Below are positions 11,301-20,443 of a DNA stretch of 32,000 bases, piece after piece; within the stretch, counting starts at the first letter, position 1, and each line of letters opens with the position of its first letter. A program made the translations under genes and the position numbers. This stretch comes from Acholeplasma laidlawii PG-8A (GTDB lineage Bacteria > Bacillota_I > Bacilli_A > Acholeplasmatales > Acholeplasmataceae). The notes under the pieces were generated by a model. It saw only the letters and a list, made by a program, of their open reading frames with translations. It had not been told where the DNA came from and searched no databases. The stretch is from the NCBI RefSeq assembly GCF_000018785.1, contig NC_010163.1, positions 150,001 through 182,000 on the forward strand. The letters are read 5' to 3'.

Positions 11301-12485
11301 TCACAAGACGTTATTATTGTTGAGGATGATTGTGGTTCAAGCCATGGTGTTTATGTAGAAGCAATTAAAGATGAGTCAGGTAAAGAAATCGTTCCATTAT
11401 ACGATAGAATTTATGGCCGCTTTGCTGCACATGACATTATCAGTCCAAAAACTGGTGAAGTATTTGTGAAACGTAATGAACTGATTACTGAAGAAATCGG
11501 TTTGGCAATCGTTAAATCAGGTATGCAAAAAGTTGAAATTAGAAGTATTATGACATGTACATCAAGTCATGGTATTTGTGCGAAAGACTACGGTATTAAC
11601 TTAGCTACAAACCAATTTGTTGAAGTTGGTGAAGCTATTGGGGTTGTTGCTGCTCAATCTATTGGTGAGCCAGGTACACAGTTAACCATGCGTACATTCC
11701 ATACAGGTGGGGTTGCTGCTGGTGCCGATATTACTCAAGGTTTACCACGTATTCAAGAGTTATTTGAAGCACGTAATCCAAAAGGTAAAGCAACGATTTC
11801 AGAAGTTGAAGGTAAAGTTAAAGATATCTCACGTCGTGGTGGTTCAATTAGCATTACAATTACTGATACCCAAGGCACTGAATACAAATACACGCTTGAT
11901 CCAAACATTGAAGCTTTAGTTAAAAAAGGTCAAGATGTTGTTGCAGGTCAAAAACTATCTAGTGGATCTATTAATCCAAAAGAATTACTACGTGTAACAG
12001 ATGTTAAAACAGCATCTAACTACATTTTAGAAGAAGTTCAAAAAGTTTACCGCGCTCAAGGGGTTGAAATTTCTGACAAGCACGTTGAAGTTATTATTCG
12101 TCAAATGTTACGTCGTATCATGGTAATTATTGAAGGTGATACCAACATCTTACCAGGTACAGAGGTATCTATTGATGAGTTTAAACGTGAAAATAAAGAA
12201 GTACTTAAAAACCGTGGTCGCTTAGCTGTTGGTCGCCCAATACTATTAGGTATTACTAGAGCATCTCTAAGAAGTGATTCCTTCTTATCTGCTGCATCCT
12301 TCCAAGAAACTACAAGAATCTTAACAGATGCTGCAATTAGAAGTAAGAAAGATGAATTACACGGACTAAAAGAAAACGTCATTATCGGTGGATTAATCCC
12401 AGCTGGTACAGGTATACTGCAAGAAAAATTCTTCCATTATGATCAACCAGAAGATAAAAAACCAATATATGATGATTTTGAATAA
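8358..12485 (+). CDS. rpoC: DNA-directed RNA polymerase subunit beta' with a long N-terminal extension
   Basis: Contains CACGKK...CPKCG, the catalytic motif [12 protein letters not shown] and [25 protein letters not shown]. The canonical beta' start ([16 protein letters not shown]) occurs only at about codon 168. Confidence 0.98.
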   Translation: MAKNEVLSLPVDSLKLSQTALDRLKLSGISRLEDFNTFNLKELQMLLSDSFNEVLPTLIYYKLPRDVRDLSLSDEVVSVLETAGIKDLEALTKYDKSTLYHVFKDDEFLLKEINDLFELYHEEKLSTLNVATEVFEEVALPQEVSVEDRVNKIIQPIRKTYGSKAFTHFKVRLASPDEIRNWSYGEVINHETINYRTSKPEPGGLFDERIFGPTRDYQCACGKKQTVNKGQICPKCGIEITESKVRRERMGHINLEAPVVHTWYLKNSPSRLAILLGIKAKQLEEVVYHASYIVTDPGQNTPLAKKQILSEQDYSLLVEEYGSRFTALTGAEAVKKLLQDLDLDKEVKNLRKRLKTSSKQKRDRIIKRLDVVEAFNQSDNKPEWMVMDVIPVIPPDLRPMVPLDGGRFATTDLNDLYRRILNRNNRLKKQKEQMAPRLITKNEKRMLQEAVDALFDNAKRGKKAAVERNRHLKSLSDLLRGKQGRFRQNLLGKRVDYSGRSVIIVGPDLEMYQCGIPREMAITLFKPFILRELQLTHGAEKKNANAKYERRDDDTWRALEKVVREHPVLLNRAPTLHRLGIQAFEVKLIDGKAIRLHPLVTPAFNADFDGDQMAVHLPLSPEAQAEARLLMLASNNILNPRDGKPVVTPSQDMVLGNYYLTIEESKDRNFGDDLERTKKHQEKHRHEGKFFSSIDEVKIAYENKDISLHTRIIIKPESVKDTFTVEQKNMYLVTTLGKIIFNEILPETFPYVNEPTMSNLSEKTPDIYFIKKGVNPKDALKHIPTPEPFKKRFLSMVIAQVFKLFHISETSRMLDKLKDLGFKYSTVAGITISYADINVYSKKKEMVEATEEEINEIEEWFEDGLLTDSERRKLVIDKWTNVKNEIQSGIMKEFDKDNNIFMMSDSGARGNVSNFTQLVGMRGLMSNPKGETIEVPVQSSFREGLTVSEFFISTHGARKGSTDTALKTAESGYLTRRLVDVSQDVIIVEDDCGSSHGVYVEAIKDESGKEIVPLYDRIYGRFAAHDIISPKTGEVFVKRNELITEEIGLAIVKSGMQKVEIRSIMTCTSSHGICAKDYGINLATNQFVEVGEAIGVVAAQSIGEPGTQLTMRTFHTGGVAAGADITQGLPRIQELFEARNPKGKATISEVEGKVKDISRRGGSISITITDTQGTEYKYTLDPNIEALVKKGQDVVAGQKLSSGSINPKELLRVTDVKTASNYILEEVQKVYRAQGVEISDKHVEVIIRQMLRRIMVIIEGDTNILPGTEVSIDEFKRENKEVLKNRGRLAVGRPILLGITRASLRSDSFLSAASFQETTRILTDAAIRSKKDELHGLKENVIIGGLIPAGTGILQEKFFHYDQPEDKKPIYDDFE

Positions 12486-12504
12486 TCATTAAGTAAAATC
12501 ATTT

Positions 12505-12545
12505 TTAAAAGAGACTATTTCATATAAAAATAGTCTCTTTTTATA
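12505..12545 (+). terminator. Rho-independent terminator after rpoC
   Basis: aaagagacta...tagtctcttt inverted repeat followed by a T-rich tract. Exact ends are approximate. Confidence 0.8.
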
Positions 12546-12584
12546 TGAAAATGCTAATAATTTCAATAATTTATACTTTTAAAG

Positions 12585-12697
12585 TATAATATAGGTGTAA
12601 TCAATTAAGTTAAGTCAAGGCTGTAAAGACTCAAGGGAGAAAGTTTTTACAGTCATAAAAATCATAAAAAGGGGTACGTTTTCGTATCCCTTTTTAT
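12585..12697 (+). ncRNA. Candidate small structured RNA with its own promoter -10 and terminator
   Basis: TATAAT at 12585-12590. Long-range stem ggctgtaaa(12619-12627)/tttacagtc(12646-12654). Terminator ggggtacg(12671-12678)/cgtatccc(12683-12690) plus TTTTT. A separate TATAAT for the next gene sits at 12707-12712. No significant ORF. Confidence 0.5.
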
Positions 12698-12742
12698 CTA
12701 ATCGGTTATAATAGAGTTATAAACCAAGTTGGAGGTAGACAT

Positions 12743-13018
12743 ATGATGTTCAAACAAGAACCCGGACGATTTTATATAAATGATGAATCGGGTAAAATGA
12801 TTGCAGAAATTACTTATAAATATATTGGTGAATATATTGCAGCAACACATACATTTGTTGATCCTGTATTAAGGGGACAAGGTATTGCACAAAAGTTAGT
12901 CGATGAAGTTGTAAGACTTTCAAGAAGTGAAGGGAAGAAAATAGATCCTGTTTGTCCATATGTAAAAAATCTATTCGAAAAGGATATGCAGTATAGTGAT
13001 GTGTATTTAAAACGTTAG
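12743..13018 (+). CDS. GNAT-family N-acetyltransferase, small YjdJ-like type
   Basis: 91 aa: ATHTFVDPVLRGQGIAQKLVDEVVRLSRSEGKKIDPVCPYVKNLF is the typical small Gcn5-like family. GGAGG precedes the start. Confidence 0.85.
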   Translation: MMFKQEPGRFYINDESGKMIAEITYKYIGEYIAATHTFVDPVLRGQGIAQKLVDEVVRLSRSEGKKIDPVCPYVKNLFEKDMQYSDVYLKR

Positions 13019-13103
13019 ATTATAGTTATTGACAGTTTTAAATTTAAGGTATGTTAAAATATTTGTTGTGTGATAAATAATTACATAGATTAGGGAGAAA
13101 TCT

Positions 13104-14231
13104 ATGCAAACTGTAAATATAGCTTTATTTGTTTATTCATTTATCTTATTGATTTCTATATATTTATCAAGTGGACAAGTTAGGTATAAGTTAATGAGTG
13201 ATAGGCTTTTTAGGTCACTCATTAGAGTAACCCTGCTTCTTTTAATGGTTGATATGATAGCTAGGTTTGAGGGATTAGACTATTGGTTCTATCCTGTTTT
13301 TAGTCGTGTAGGTAATTTTGTATCCTATGGTATAAGTCACTTTATATCATCATTATGGTTCTTATATATTCATAATAGAATTTATACAGATACTGAACGA
13401 ACAAAAAACTTATACAAATACTTTTTCCTAATTAATTTGGTAAACTGGATTTTACTAATTATCACTCAGTTTACTGGATGGTATTATTATTTGGATAGTT
13501 CAAATATATATCACAGAGGACCATTATTTTTCTGGACACAATTAGTCAATGCTGTAATTTTACTTAGTTCACTTGTATTACTTGTATTAAAACGTAAACG
13601 TATTGAACAAAACACGATGTTTGCATATATTTTGTTTAGTTTAATTCCGGCGATTGGCTTAACTTTACAAATTATATTACCTGGAATTGCCTATATTCCA
13701 AATTCAGTGGCTGCTGCACTCATTATTCTATATTTATTCGTTCAAAACAATAAAGTAAGATATGATCACTTAACCGGCATATTTAATAGAAGGCACATGG
13801 ATTATTATTTAGAAGATAAACTAATAAGTGCAAAGCGCGGTAAACCATTTTCAGCTATTTTATTTGATTTAGATGATTTTAAAGATATCAATGATACATT
13901 AGGTCACTCTGTTGGTGATATTGCGATTAAAAAGACTGCGAAAATACTTGCCAGTGCAAGTAGTAAACATGAATTTTTAGCACGTTATGGTGGAGATGAG
14001 TTTTTGATCATAACAAGTAAGTATGAAAAACAAGATATTGATGAAATAGTAAAAAGGGTCTATGATGGTATTAATCAGTTTAATAAAATCAATGATAAAT
14101 TTAAACTAAGTATTAGTCATGGTTATTATGTATATCATAAGGATTTAAATTTAAGTCGAGATCAATTCATTGATGTTGTAGATAGAAATATGTATGATAA
14201 TAAAATAAAAAAGAAAAATTCTAGAGTATGA
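13104..14231 (+). CDS. Membrane-bound diguanylate cyclase (GGDEF domain)
   Basis: Multiple N-terminal transmembrane segments, then DHLTGIFNRRHMDYYL...FDLDDFKDINDTLGHSVGD...ARYGGDEFLII. Confidence 0.92.
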   Translation: MQTVNIALFVYSFILLISIYLSSGQVRYKLMSDRLFRSLIRVTLLLLMVDMIARFEGLDYWFYPVFSRVGNFVSYGISHFISSLWFLYIHNRIYTDTERTKNLYKYFFLINLVNWILLIITQFTGWYYYLDSSNIYHRGPLFFWTQLVNAVILLSSLVLLVLKRKRIEQNTMFAYILFSLIPAIGLTLQIILPGIAYIPNSVAAALIILYLFVQNNKVRYDHLTGIFNRRHMDYYLEDKLISAKRGKPFSAILFDLDDFKDINDTLGHSVGDIAIKKTAKILASASSKHEFLARYGGDEFLIITSKYEKQDIDEIVKRVYDGINQFNKINDKFKLSISHGYYVYHKDLNLSRDQFIDVVDRNMYDNKIKKKNSRV

Positions 14232-14656
14232 TACAAAACACGATATTAAATCAATTAAATGAAAAAGGATTTGTAGTATCTAAAATAAGAGGGGTAAGTA
14301 TGTGGCCCTTCTTTAATCAAAAAAATACGCAAGTCTATATTAAGAGTGCTCTTAACTACAATAAAAATGACTGTATTCTTTTTTTAAGAGATGATGGTAG
14401 TTTAATTATGCACCGTATTCTTTACTTAAAAAAAGACTTCTTCTTAGTGTGTGGGGATAACCAGTCACAATTAGAAAAAGTGTATTGTAGTCAAATAAAA
14501 GGTAAAATGACTGAGTATTATATTAATGGACATACCAGACGTCCAATAGGTATAAAATATCACGTGTATGTAAGATGGATAAGAATTACTAGGCCGATAA
14601 GAGTTATAAGAGATCTATTAAAGCATATCATAAAAAAAATAATCAACAAAAAATAA
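14228..14656 (+). CDS. S24/S26-like signal peptidase family protein (SipW-like Ser/His type)
   Basis: VSKIRGVSMWPFF (Ser box), SLIMHRILYL (His box), FLVCGDNQ. Overlaps the GGDEF gene stop by 4 nt (ATGA). Confidence 0.75.
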   Translation: MIQNTILNQLNEKGFVVSKIRGVSMWPFFNQKNTQVYIKSALNYNKNDCILFLRDDGSLIMHRILYLKKDFFLVCGDNQSQLEKVYCSQIKGKMTEYYINGHTRRPIGIKYHVYVRWIRITRPIRVIRDLLKHIIKKIINKK

Positions 14657-14675
14657 CTTACAAGGAGATATGTAA

Positions 14676-14999
14676 ATGTTTTATTATAAGCAAGCAAAAG
14701 TGAATATGATTACATATCTTGTTATTATTGTTTTTTTAAGTTTATTGGCTTTAATACCTTCTGAAGGTGATAATGAACTTATTATTTATCTATTAGGTGT
14801 TTATAGTTTTATTTGTGTATTTAATATGTTTTTGTATGTCCAAATCAAAAAACATATTAAAGGAAATCGTGTGATCCCAAGGTATATGAAAGTTGTAGTT
14901 CTTACATCACTTATCATAGTAGTTTTCTCACTTATATTTAATTTAGAAGCTGCAATTGATTTTTATAATGAAATCAAAGACAGCAAAAAAATACATTAA
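14676..14999 (+). CDS. Small multipass membrane protein of unknown function
   Basis: 107 aa with three or four predicted hydrophobic helices. Follows the S26-like gene closely, with SD AAGGAGA. Confidence 0.7.
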   Translation: MFYYKQAKVNMITYLVIIVFLSLLALIPSEGDNELIIYLLGVYSFICVFNMFLYVQIKKHIKGNRVIPRYMKVVVLTSLIIVVFSLIFNLEAAIDFYNEIKDSKKIH

Positions 15000-15012
15000 T
15001 GTTTAAAAAAAC

Positions 15013-15044
15013 GTAGCCGGATAGTTTAAACTTATCCGGCTTTT
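15013..15044 (+). terminator. Rho-independent terminator
   Basis: agccggata(15015-15023)/tatccggct(15033-15041) followed by T residues. Confidence 0.85.
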
Positions 15045-15155
15045 ACTATGTAAATTTTATGAAAACGTATTCATTATAGTTTCATTTGAATTAATTTTAA
15101 AATCATATAAAATAGGGCTATAAAACCAATTCATATAACACAAGGAGAATTTAAT

Positions 15156-17744
15156 ATGGAAAAAGACACACTTATCTTAAACGAGGTAGATCTTTTAGTC
15201 ACGTCTGCTTTAGAAGCACTTGACGAATACATGGAGTTTACCCAAGAGAAGATTGATGAGATTGTAGCCAAAGTTTCTGTTGAAGCAATTGATGCACATG
15301 GCCGTTTAGCCAAGCTTGCTGTAGAGGAAACTAAACGAGGGGTATTTGAAGATAAAGCAACCAAGAATTTATTTTCAGTAGAATATGTCATCAATCATAT
15401 GAGACACCTAAAAACTGTAGGGATTATCTCGGAAAATACAGTAACGGGTATTACAGAGGTAGCTGATCCTGTTGGGGTAATTTGCGCTATTACACCAGTA
15501 ACGAATCCAACATCGACGACAATATTTAAGTCATTGATTGCACTTAAAACTAGAAATCCAATCGTCTTTGCGTTTCATCCAAATGCGCAAAATTCATCAA
15601 AGGAAGCGGCTAGAATTATTAAAGAAGCAGCGATTAAATCAGGTGCTCCAAAAAATTGTATTTCATGGATTGAACATCCAAGTTTAGATAATACAAATAA
15701 ACTTATGAACCACCCGGGGATTGCAACTATTTTAGCAACTGGTGGTAATGCAATGGTTAAGGCAGCTTACTCATGTGGTAAACCAGCTCTTGGTGTCGGT
15801 GCAGGTAACGTACCAGCATACATTGAAAAAACTGCAAACATTAAAACCGCAATCAATGATATTGTTATGTCTAAGTCATTTGATAATGGTATGGTATGTG
15901 CATCTGAACAAGCAGCTATTATTGATAAAGAAATCTATAAAGAAGCTTTGGCGGAATTTAAAAAGTTACATACTTTTTTATGTAACAAAGAACAAAAACA
16001 AATGCTGGAAACATTTATGTTCCCAGATGGTGTCAAGCTTAATCCTTATGTTGTAGGTAAGAGTGCACATCACATTGCAGAACTTGCAGGTTTCGAAGTT
16101 CCTTTAAATACCAACATTTTACTAGTAGAATGTAAAAGTGTTGGTAAAGAAGAACCACTTACAAGAGAAAAACTCTCGCCAGTATTAGCAATTCTTAAAT
16201 CAAATGATGAAGTACATGGTGTAGCACTTGCAAAAAGTATGGTAGAACTTGATGGTTTAGGACACTCTGCAGTGATTCACACACAAAATGATGAACTTAA
16301 AAAAACCTTTGGTTTAGCACTTAAAGCGATACGTATTATAGTGAATTCACCAGCGACTTTTGGTGGCATAGGTAATGTATATAACAGGTTTATACCATCA
16401 CTTACCTTAGGGTGTGGTTCTTATGGTAAAAACTCTGTTTCTGATAATGTCAGTGCCATCCACTTACTTAATATCAAACGTATCGGTGAAAGGAAAAATA
16501 ATATGCAATGGTTTAAGGTTCCATCTAAAATTTACTTTGAAAAAGATTCTATTGAATACTTAAGACAAATGAGAGATGTTAACAAGGTTGTCATCATCAC
16601 AGATAGAGTGATGGTTGACTTAGGTTATGTTAAAAAAGTAACTGATCAACTAAGTTTAAGACGTAATCATGTTGTATATCAACTATTTACCGATGTTGAA
16701 GCTGATCCATCCATTGAAACAGTTCATAAAGGTTATGAACTGATGAAATCCTTCCAACCAGATACGATTATAGCTATTGGTGGTGGTTCACCAATGGATG
16801 CTGCAAAAGCTATGTGGTTATTCTATGAAAACCCTGAAGTAGATTTTAACGACTTAAAACAAAAATTCATGGATATTAGAAAACGTGCATTTAGATATCC
16901 TGATTTAGGTAGAAAATCTAAATTAGTATGTATTCCAACAACCTCAGGTACTGGTAGTGAAGTGACTCCGTTTGCAGTTATCACTGATAATAAAGAGTCT
17001 AAAAAATATCCATTAGCAGATTATTCATTAACACCAACTGTAGCTATTATTGACCCTGCACTTACACTTACTCAACCAAAATCTGTTACAGCAGATACTG
17101 GAATGGACGTGTTAACACATGCAGTAGAAGCTTACGTTTCAGTACTTGCTAATGACTATACAGACTCACTTGCAATTCAAGCAGTTAAAATGGTATTTAA
17201 ATACTTAAAACGTGCATTTGATAATGGATTGGACTTTGAAGCAAGAGAAAAGATGCATAATGCATCTACCATGGCAGGTATGGCATTTGGTAATGCATTC
17301 TTGGGTATATCTCACTCTATGGCTCATAAAGTAGGTGGAAGATATCATATACCTCATGGTAGAATTAATGCAATCTTATTACCACATGTCGTTTTATATA
17401 ATGGTACAGTTCCAGCTAAGTTATCTACTTGGCCAAAATACACATATTATGTAGCAGATGAAAAATACATGGAACTAGCTAGAGCAATCGGATTAGATCC
17501 TAAATCTAAAGAAGAAGGCGTTAAGATGTTTGCTAAGGCATGTCATGATTTAGCAGTATCATTAGGTATTAATATGAGTTTTGCTAGTCAAAAAGTAGAA
17601 GAAAAAGATTTCTTAGAACACAGTGAAACTTTAGCTTATCTAGCTTATGAGGATCAATGTTCAACAGCTAACCCTAGACTACCTTTAGTAGCGGATATGA
17701 AGGTGATCCTAGAAAATGCATATTACGGCAAACTAGATATATAG
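15156..17744 (+). CDS. adhE: Bifunctional acetaldehyde-CoA/alcohol dehydrogenase
   Basis: 862 aa with an N-terminal ALDH domain (GNVPAYIE, DNGMVCASEQ) and a C-terminal iron ADH domain (GGGSPMDAAKAMW, HSMAHKVGGRYHIPHGRINA). Confidence 0.98.
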   Translation: MEKDTLILNEVDLLVTSALEALDEYMEFTQEKIDEIVAKVSVEAIDAHGRLAKLAVEETKRGVFEDKATKNLFSVEYVINHMRHLKTVGIISENTVTGITEVADPVGVICAITPVTNPTSTTIFKSLIALKTRNPIVFAFHPNAQNSSKEAARIIKEAAIKSGAPKNCISWIEHPSLDNTNKLMNHPGIATILATGGNAMVKAAYSCGKPALGVGAGNVPAYIEKTANIKTAINDIVMSKSFDNGMVCASEQAAIIDKEIYKEALAEFKKLHTFLCNKEQKQMLETFMFPDGVKLNPYVVGKSAHHIAELAGFEVPLNTNILLVECKSVGKEEPLTREKLSPVLAILKSNDEVHGVALAKSMVELDGLGHSAVIHTQNDELKKTFGLALKAIRIIVNSPATFGGIGNVYNRFIPSLTLGCGSYGKNSVSDNVSAIHLLNIKRIGERKNNMQWFKVPSKIYFEKDSIEYLRQMRDVNKVVIITDRVMVDLGYVKKVTDQLSLRRNHVVYQLFTDVEADPSIETVHKGYELMKSFQPDTIIAIGGGSPMDAAKAMWLFYENPEVDFNDLKQKFMDIRKRAFRYPDLGRKSKLVCIPTTSGTGSEVTPFAVITDNKESKKYPLADYSLTPTVAIIDPALTLTQPKSVTADTGMDVLTHAVEAYVSVLANDYTDSLAIQAVKMVFKYLKRAFDNGLDFEAREKMHNASTMAGMAFGNAFLGISHSMAHKVGGRYHIPHGRINAILLPHVVLYNGTVPAKLSTWPKYTYYVADEKYMELARAIGLDPKSKEEGVKMFAKACHDLAVSLGINMSFASQKVEEKDFLEHSETLAYLAYEDQCSTANPRLPLVADMKVILENAYYGKLDI

Positions 17745-17766
17745 TATATATTCAAATAATTAAATC

Positions 17767-17837
17767 AAAGACTTTCAAATAACTTATAGGTTTTAGTAAA
17801 TCTTGTAAGACAAAAGTTATTTGAAAGTCTTTTTTTA
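17767..17837 (+). terminator. Terminator after adhE with an unusually long perfect stem
   Basis: 19-bp perfect inverted repeat aaagactttcaaataactt(17767-17785)/aagttatttgaaagtcttt(17814-17832), then a T-tract. Confidence 0.8.
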
Positions 17838-17950
17838 CTATTTAAACACAAAAAACGAAAATTATTTTCACCTAATGAAAATATATGCTAATCTATTGTA
17901 TAAAATGATATTAAATTGCTAAATGATATACGAAAGTAAATCGAGTGTAA

Positions 17951-17956
17951 TATAAT
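17951..17956 (+). promoter_or_regulatory. Putative -10 element for the small-peptide operon
   Basis: tgTAATATAAT with only a weak -35 candidate. About 40 nt upstream of ATG 17996. Confidence 0.5.
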
Positions 17957-17995
17957 CATAGGTAAATATGGAAGCGTTTTTATAAGGGGGAAAAT

Positions 17996-18127
17996 ATGAT
18001 AAAAACGGTAGAAACAAAAAAGAGGGCATATGAGTGTCCTGTTATTGAAGTGGTCAAGTTTGAAGAAAATGTTCGAACTGGATCCGAGGGTTCAGCAAAC
18101 GTGAGTGACTGGTGGTTTGAGGTATAG
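17996..18127 (+). CDS. 43-aa small peptide, candidate precursor peptide (absent from the supplied ORF track)
   Basis: GGGGG SD, then MIKTVETKKRAYECPVIEVVKFEENVRTGSEGSANVSDWWFEV*. Immediately adjacent to the 18128/18131 start. Confidence 0.75.
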   Translation: MIKTVETKKRAYECPVIEVVKFEENVRTGSEGSANVSDWWFEV

Positions 18128-20389
18128 GTGATGAAGAAACTTACAATTATTGTAACTTTCCTAGTAACTCTATTACTAGTAACACCTTTTGTATTTGCAA
18201 GTAGTGGTGCACCTACAATGATAGAGGGTGCATCTATTAGAACAAGTGGAGAACAAGGTTTGAGATTTTATGCAAATCTTGAAAATGAAGCTGTAACTAG
18301 TCAAGGATTTTATCTTGTATATGGTGAAACTTCAGTAGTGAATCTTCAAACTGCTATTTCTAATGCAGTTGAAGACAATGTCATGTTAAATGGCAAAAAG
18401 GTTTTCAAAGTAGAAGTTGAAAACAGAGAACCAAATGGTGATTTCAGTGTTGTTTTAACTGGTATACCTGAAGTTGGTTATTTAGATAAAATAACTGCAA
18501 TTGCTTATGGTGTTGTAGATAATGCAGAAATATTTGTAAGTGCTGGTACTACAAGATCCATTGGAGAAGTAGCTTATAATATGATTAAAGCAAATGATTA
18601 CAACCAAGTGGCACTGGATATACTTGAATCTATTGATATCAATCATAGAGCACTTGTAAGTACTCATTGGGAAACGTACGAAGAATCATCTGCAATCTTT
18701 GAGACAGATCCATTAATATTAAAGACTCAGTTCATTAATGATTGGAATGCCAAATTCGGTACAACTTTAACGGATTTAATAGGAACTGCTTTTCATACAA
18801 GTGCAATTGTTGGTAAAACAGACCAAGCAGCTCAAGGATCAATGACTAATTTGACTGGAATGAGAATCTATGCATTCTTCAAAGATGAATTATATAGTTT
18901 AAAATGGGGTTGGCTTCTAGACTATATTATAAAGTATGGAAGTGGAATTATTCACCCAGCAAGACAGGCTGTTGCGTTAAAGGGCGATGGAACAAATAAC
19001 AACCAAATACTCTATGATGCAAGCCATTTCAATTATTCTCTAGTTAATTTTTTTAATATGAGTAACCAAACTGGAGGTTATGAGCCTATTAATTTTACAC
19101 TTCCAGGCTCTAAAGCTAGATATCAGGATGTTGTAAATTTTAACAATACAATACCTAAAATGTTAAGTATTTATAATTTATCAAAAATTGGTGATAGTGT
19201 TGCACTACCGCAAGATTTATCAAAGGATGGATATACGTTTAATCAAAGTTTCACAGAAGGAACTAATGTACATACAATAAGTTATATTTTGACTGGTCAA
19301 GGAAAAGTGCTTGAACCTAATTTTACAATTGTTAACTACAATATTAGCTATTTAGATGGTGCTGAAGAAGTGTTACCAAATGATTTATATAATATTAATC
19401 AATCTTTAACTTTACCTACCTATGAGAAACCGGACCATATCTTTGAGGGCTGGTTTGATAATCCTTCATTTACAGGTTCACCTGTAACCAGTATTTCCAT
19501 GGGTACTACAGGAAATAAGGTGTTTTATGCAAAAACATCGCTACTAGATGATCCGGTTATTACAAGCTTAATTTCACAATTACCAACACATATTATGAAT
19601 GATTATGTCCTTCCTAATGCAGAAGGTGTTACATGGCAACTAAAAGCAGGACAGGACACTACTTTATACAATGTTGAAACAGGAAAATTACTCAGATTCC
19701 CTGGTGAATCAACACTACTAACTGTAGTCCTTAACAAAGGAAGTATTAGTCAAGATGTAGTATTAAGATTTGGTATAGCAGATCCGACAAAAACACAATA
19801 TTATTATAACGCTGATGCCAACTCAGTAGCGCAAACTGGTGGAACATTTACTACGCAACAAAACAAATCAGGATTCGGTGGGTATACAATAATAGTAGGT
19901 ACAAAACAATACTTTATTGGGTATAGATCCCATATCTCACTTTCTGGTACAACAGCAAATGAAATAATGACAATCTCTCAGCTAAGACCATATGGGTTAG
20001 GAGGAGCAAATAATTATAATTTAGGATTGCTCACAGGAGGTATACCTGCAACTAATTCAAGAGGTTATGGGGTATTGTATGAAAATACAGGCAATGTACC
20101 GGTTCAATTTGATTTGAGAGAAACATATGGAAGAGCAGATTCTGGTTATGCGGGTTATGGTAAATTTATATTAAAGCCTGAAGGAAATGGACAATATAAA
20201 GTTAGTGCTCTATTACCAAACCATACTGGAGGACTGATGGTAACCTTAAACCAGGGCGAACTATTATGGGCACCCCACACTTGGGAAGTAGCTGGAACTT
20301 ATTTATATCAACCAGGCGCAACAAAAGGGGTACTATTAGTAAACTCTATAATCAAAATTGAGACATTTAAAATGGATTTCACAGACTAG
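18128..20389 (+). CDS. Secreted multidomain surface protein (signal peptide, GASIR module, InlB B-repeat-like domain, Ig-like region, unknown C-terminal domain)
   Basis: Signal peptide MMKKLTIIVTFLVTLLLVTPFVFA. Shared 'MIEGASIRTSGEQGLRFYA' module. 'ISYLDGAEEVLPN...YEKPDHIFEGWFDNPSFTG' is InlB B-repeat-like. Start may be GTG 18128 or ATG 18131. Confidence 0.85.
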   Translation: MMKKLTIIVTFLVTLLLVTPFVFASSGAPTMIEGASIRTSGEQGLRFYANLENEAVTSQGFYLVYGETSVVNLQTAISNAVEDNVMLNGKKVFKVEVENREPNGDFSVVLTGIPEVGYLDKITAIAYGVVDNAEIFVSAGTTRSIGEVAYNMIKANDYNQVALDILESIDINHRALVSTHWETYEESSAIFETDPLILKTQFINDWNAKFGTTLTDLIGTAFHTSAIVGKTDQAAQGSMTNLTGMRIYAFFKDELYSLKWGWLLDYIIKYGSGIIHPARQAVALKGDGTNNNQILYDASHFNYSLVNFFNMSNQTGGYEPINFTLPGSKARYQDVVNFNNTIPKMLSIYNLSKIGDSVALPQDLSKDGYTFNQSFTEGTNVHTISYILTGQGKVLEPNFTIVNYNISYLDGAEEVLPNDLYNINQSLTLPTYEKPDHIFEGWFDNPSFTGSPVTSISMGTTGNKVFYAKTSLLDDPVITSLISQLPTHIMNDYVLPNAEGVTWQLKAGQDTTLYNVETGKLLRFPGESTLLTVVLNKGSISQDVVLRFGIADPTKTQYYYNADANSVAQTGGTFTTQQNKSGFGGYTIIVGTKQYFIGYRSHISLSGTTANEIMTISQLRPYGLGGANNYNLGLLTGGIPATNSRGYGVLYENTGNVPVQFDLRETYGRADSGYAGYGKFILKPEGNGQYKVSALLPNHTGGLMVTLNQGELLWAPHTWEVAGTYLYQPGATKGVLLVNSIIKIETFKMDFTD

Positions 20390-20397
20390 AAAAAATT

Positions 20398-20432
20398 AAT
20401 AAGGCGCTATTTAATAGCGCCTTATTCTTATC
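20398..20432 (+). terminator. Hairpin between the surface protein gene and the kinase gene (terminator or attenuator)
   Basis: aataaggcgcta(20398-20409)/tagcgccttatt(20415-20426). The T-tract is weak. Confidence 0.6.
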
Positions 20433-20443
20433 AGAAAGGTACT

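Noticed and set aside
8730-12382. Several small ORFs on either strand within rpoC (8730, 9005, 9371, 10342, 11707, 12101)
   Set aside because: All lie inside the conserved rpoC frame and look like frame shadows.
15131-16056. ORFs 15131-15394 (-) and 15742-16056 (+) within adhE
   Set aside because: They overlap the canonical adhE frame and have no independent evidence.
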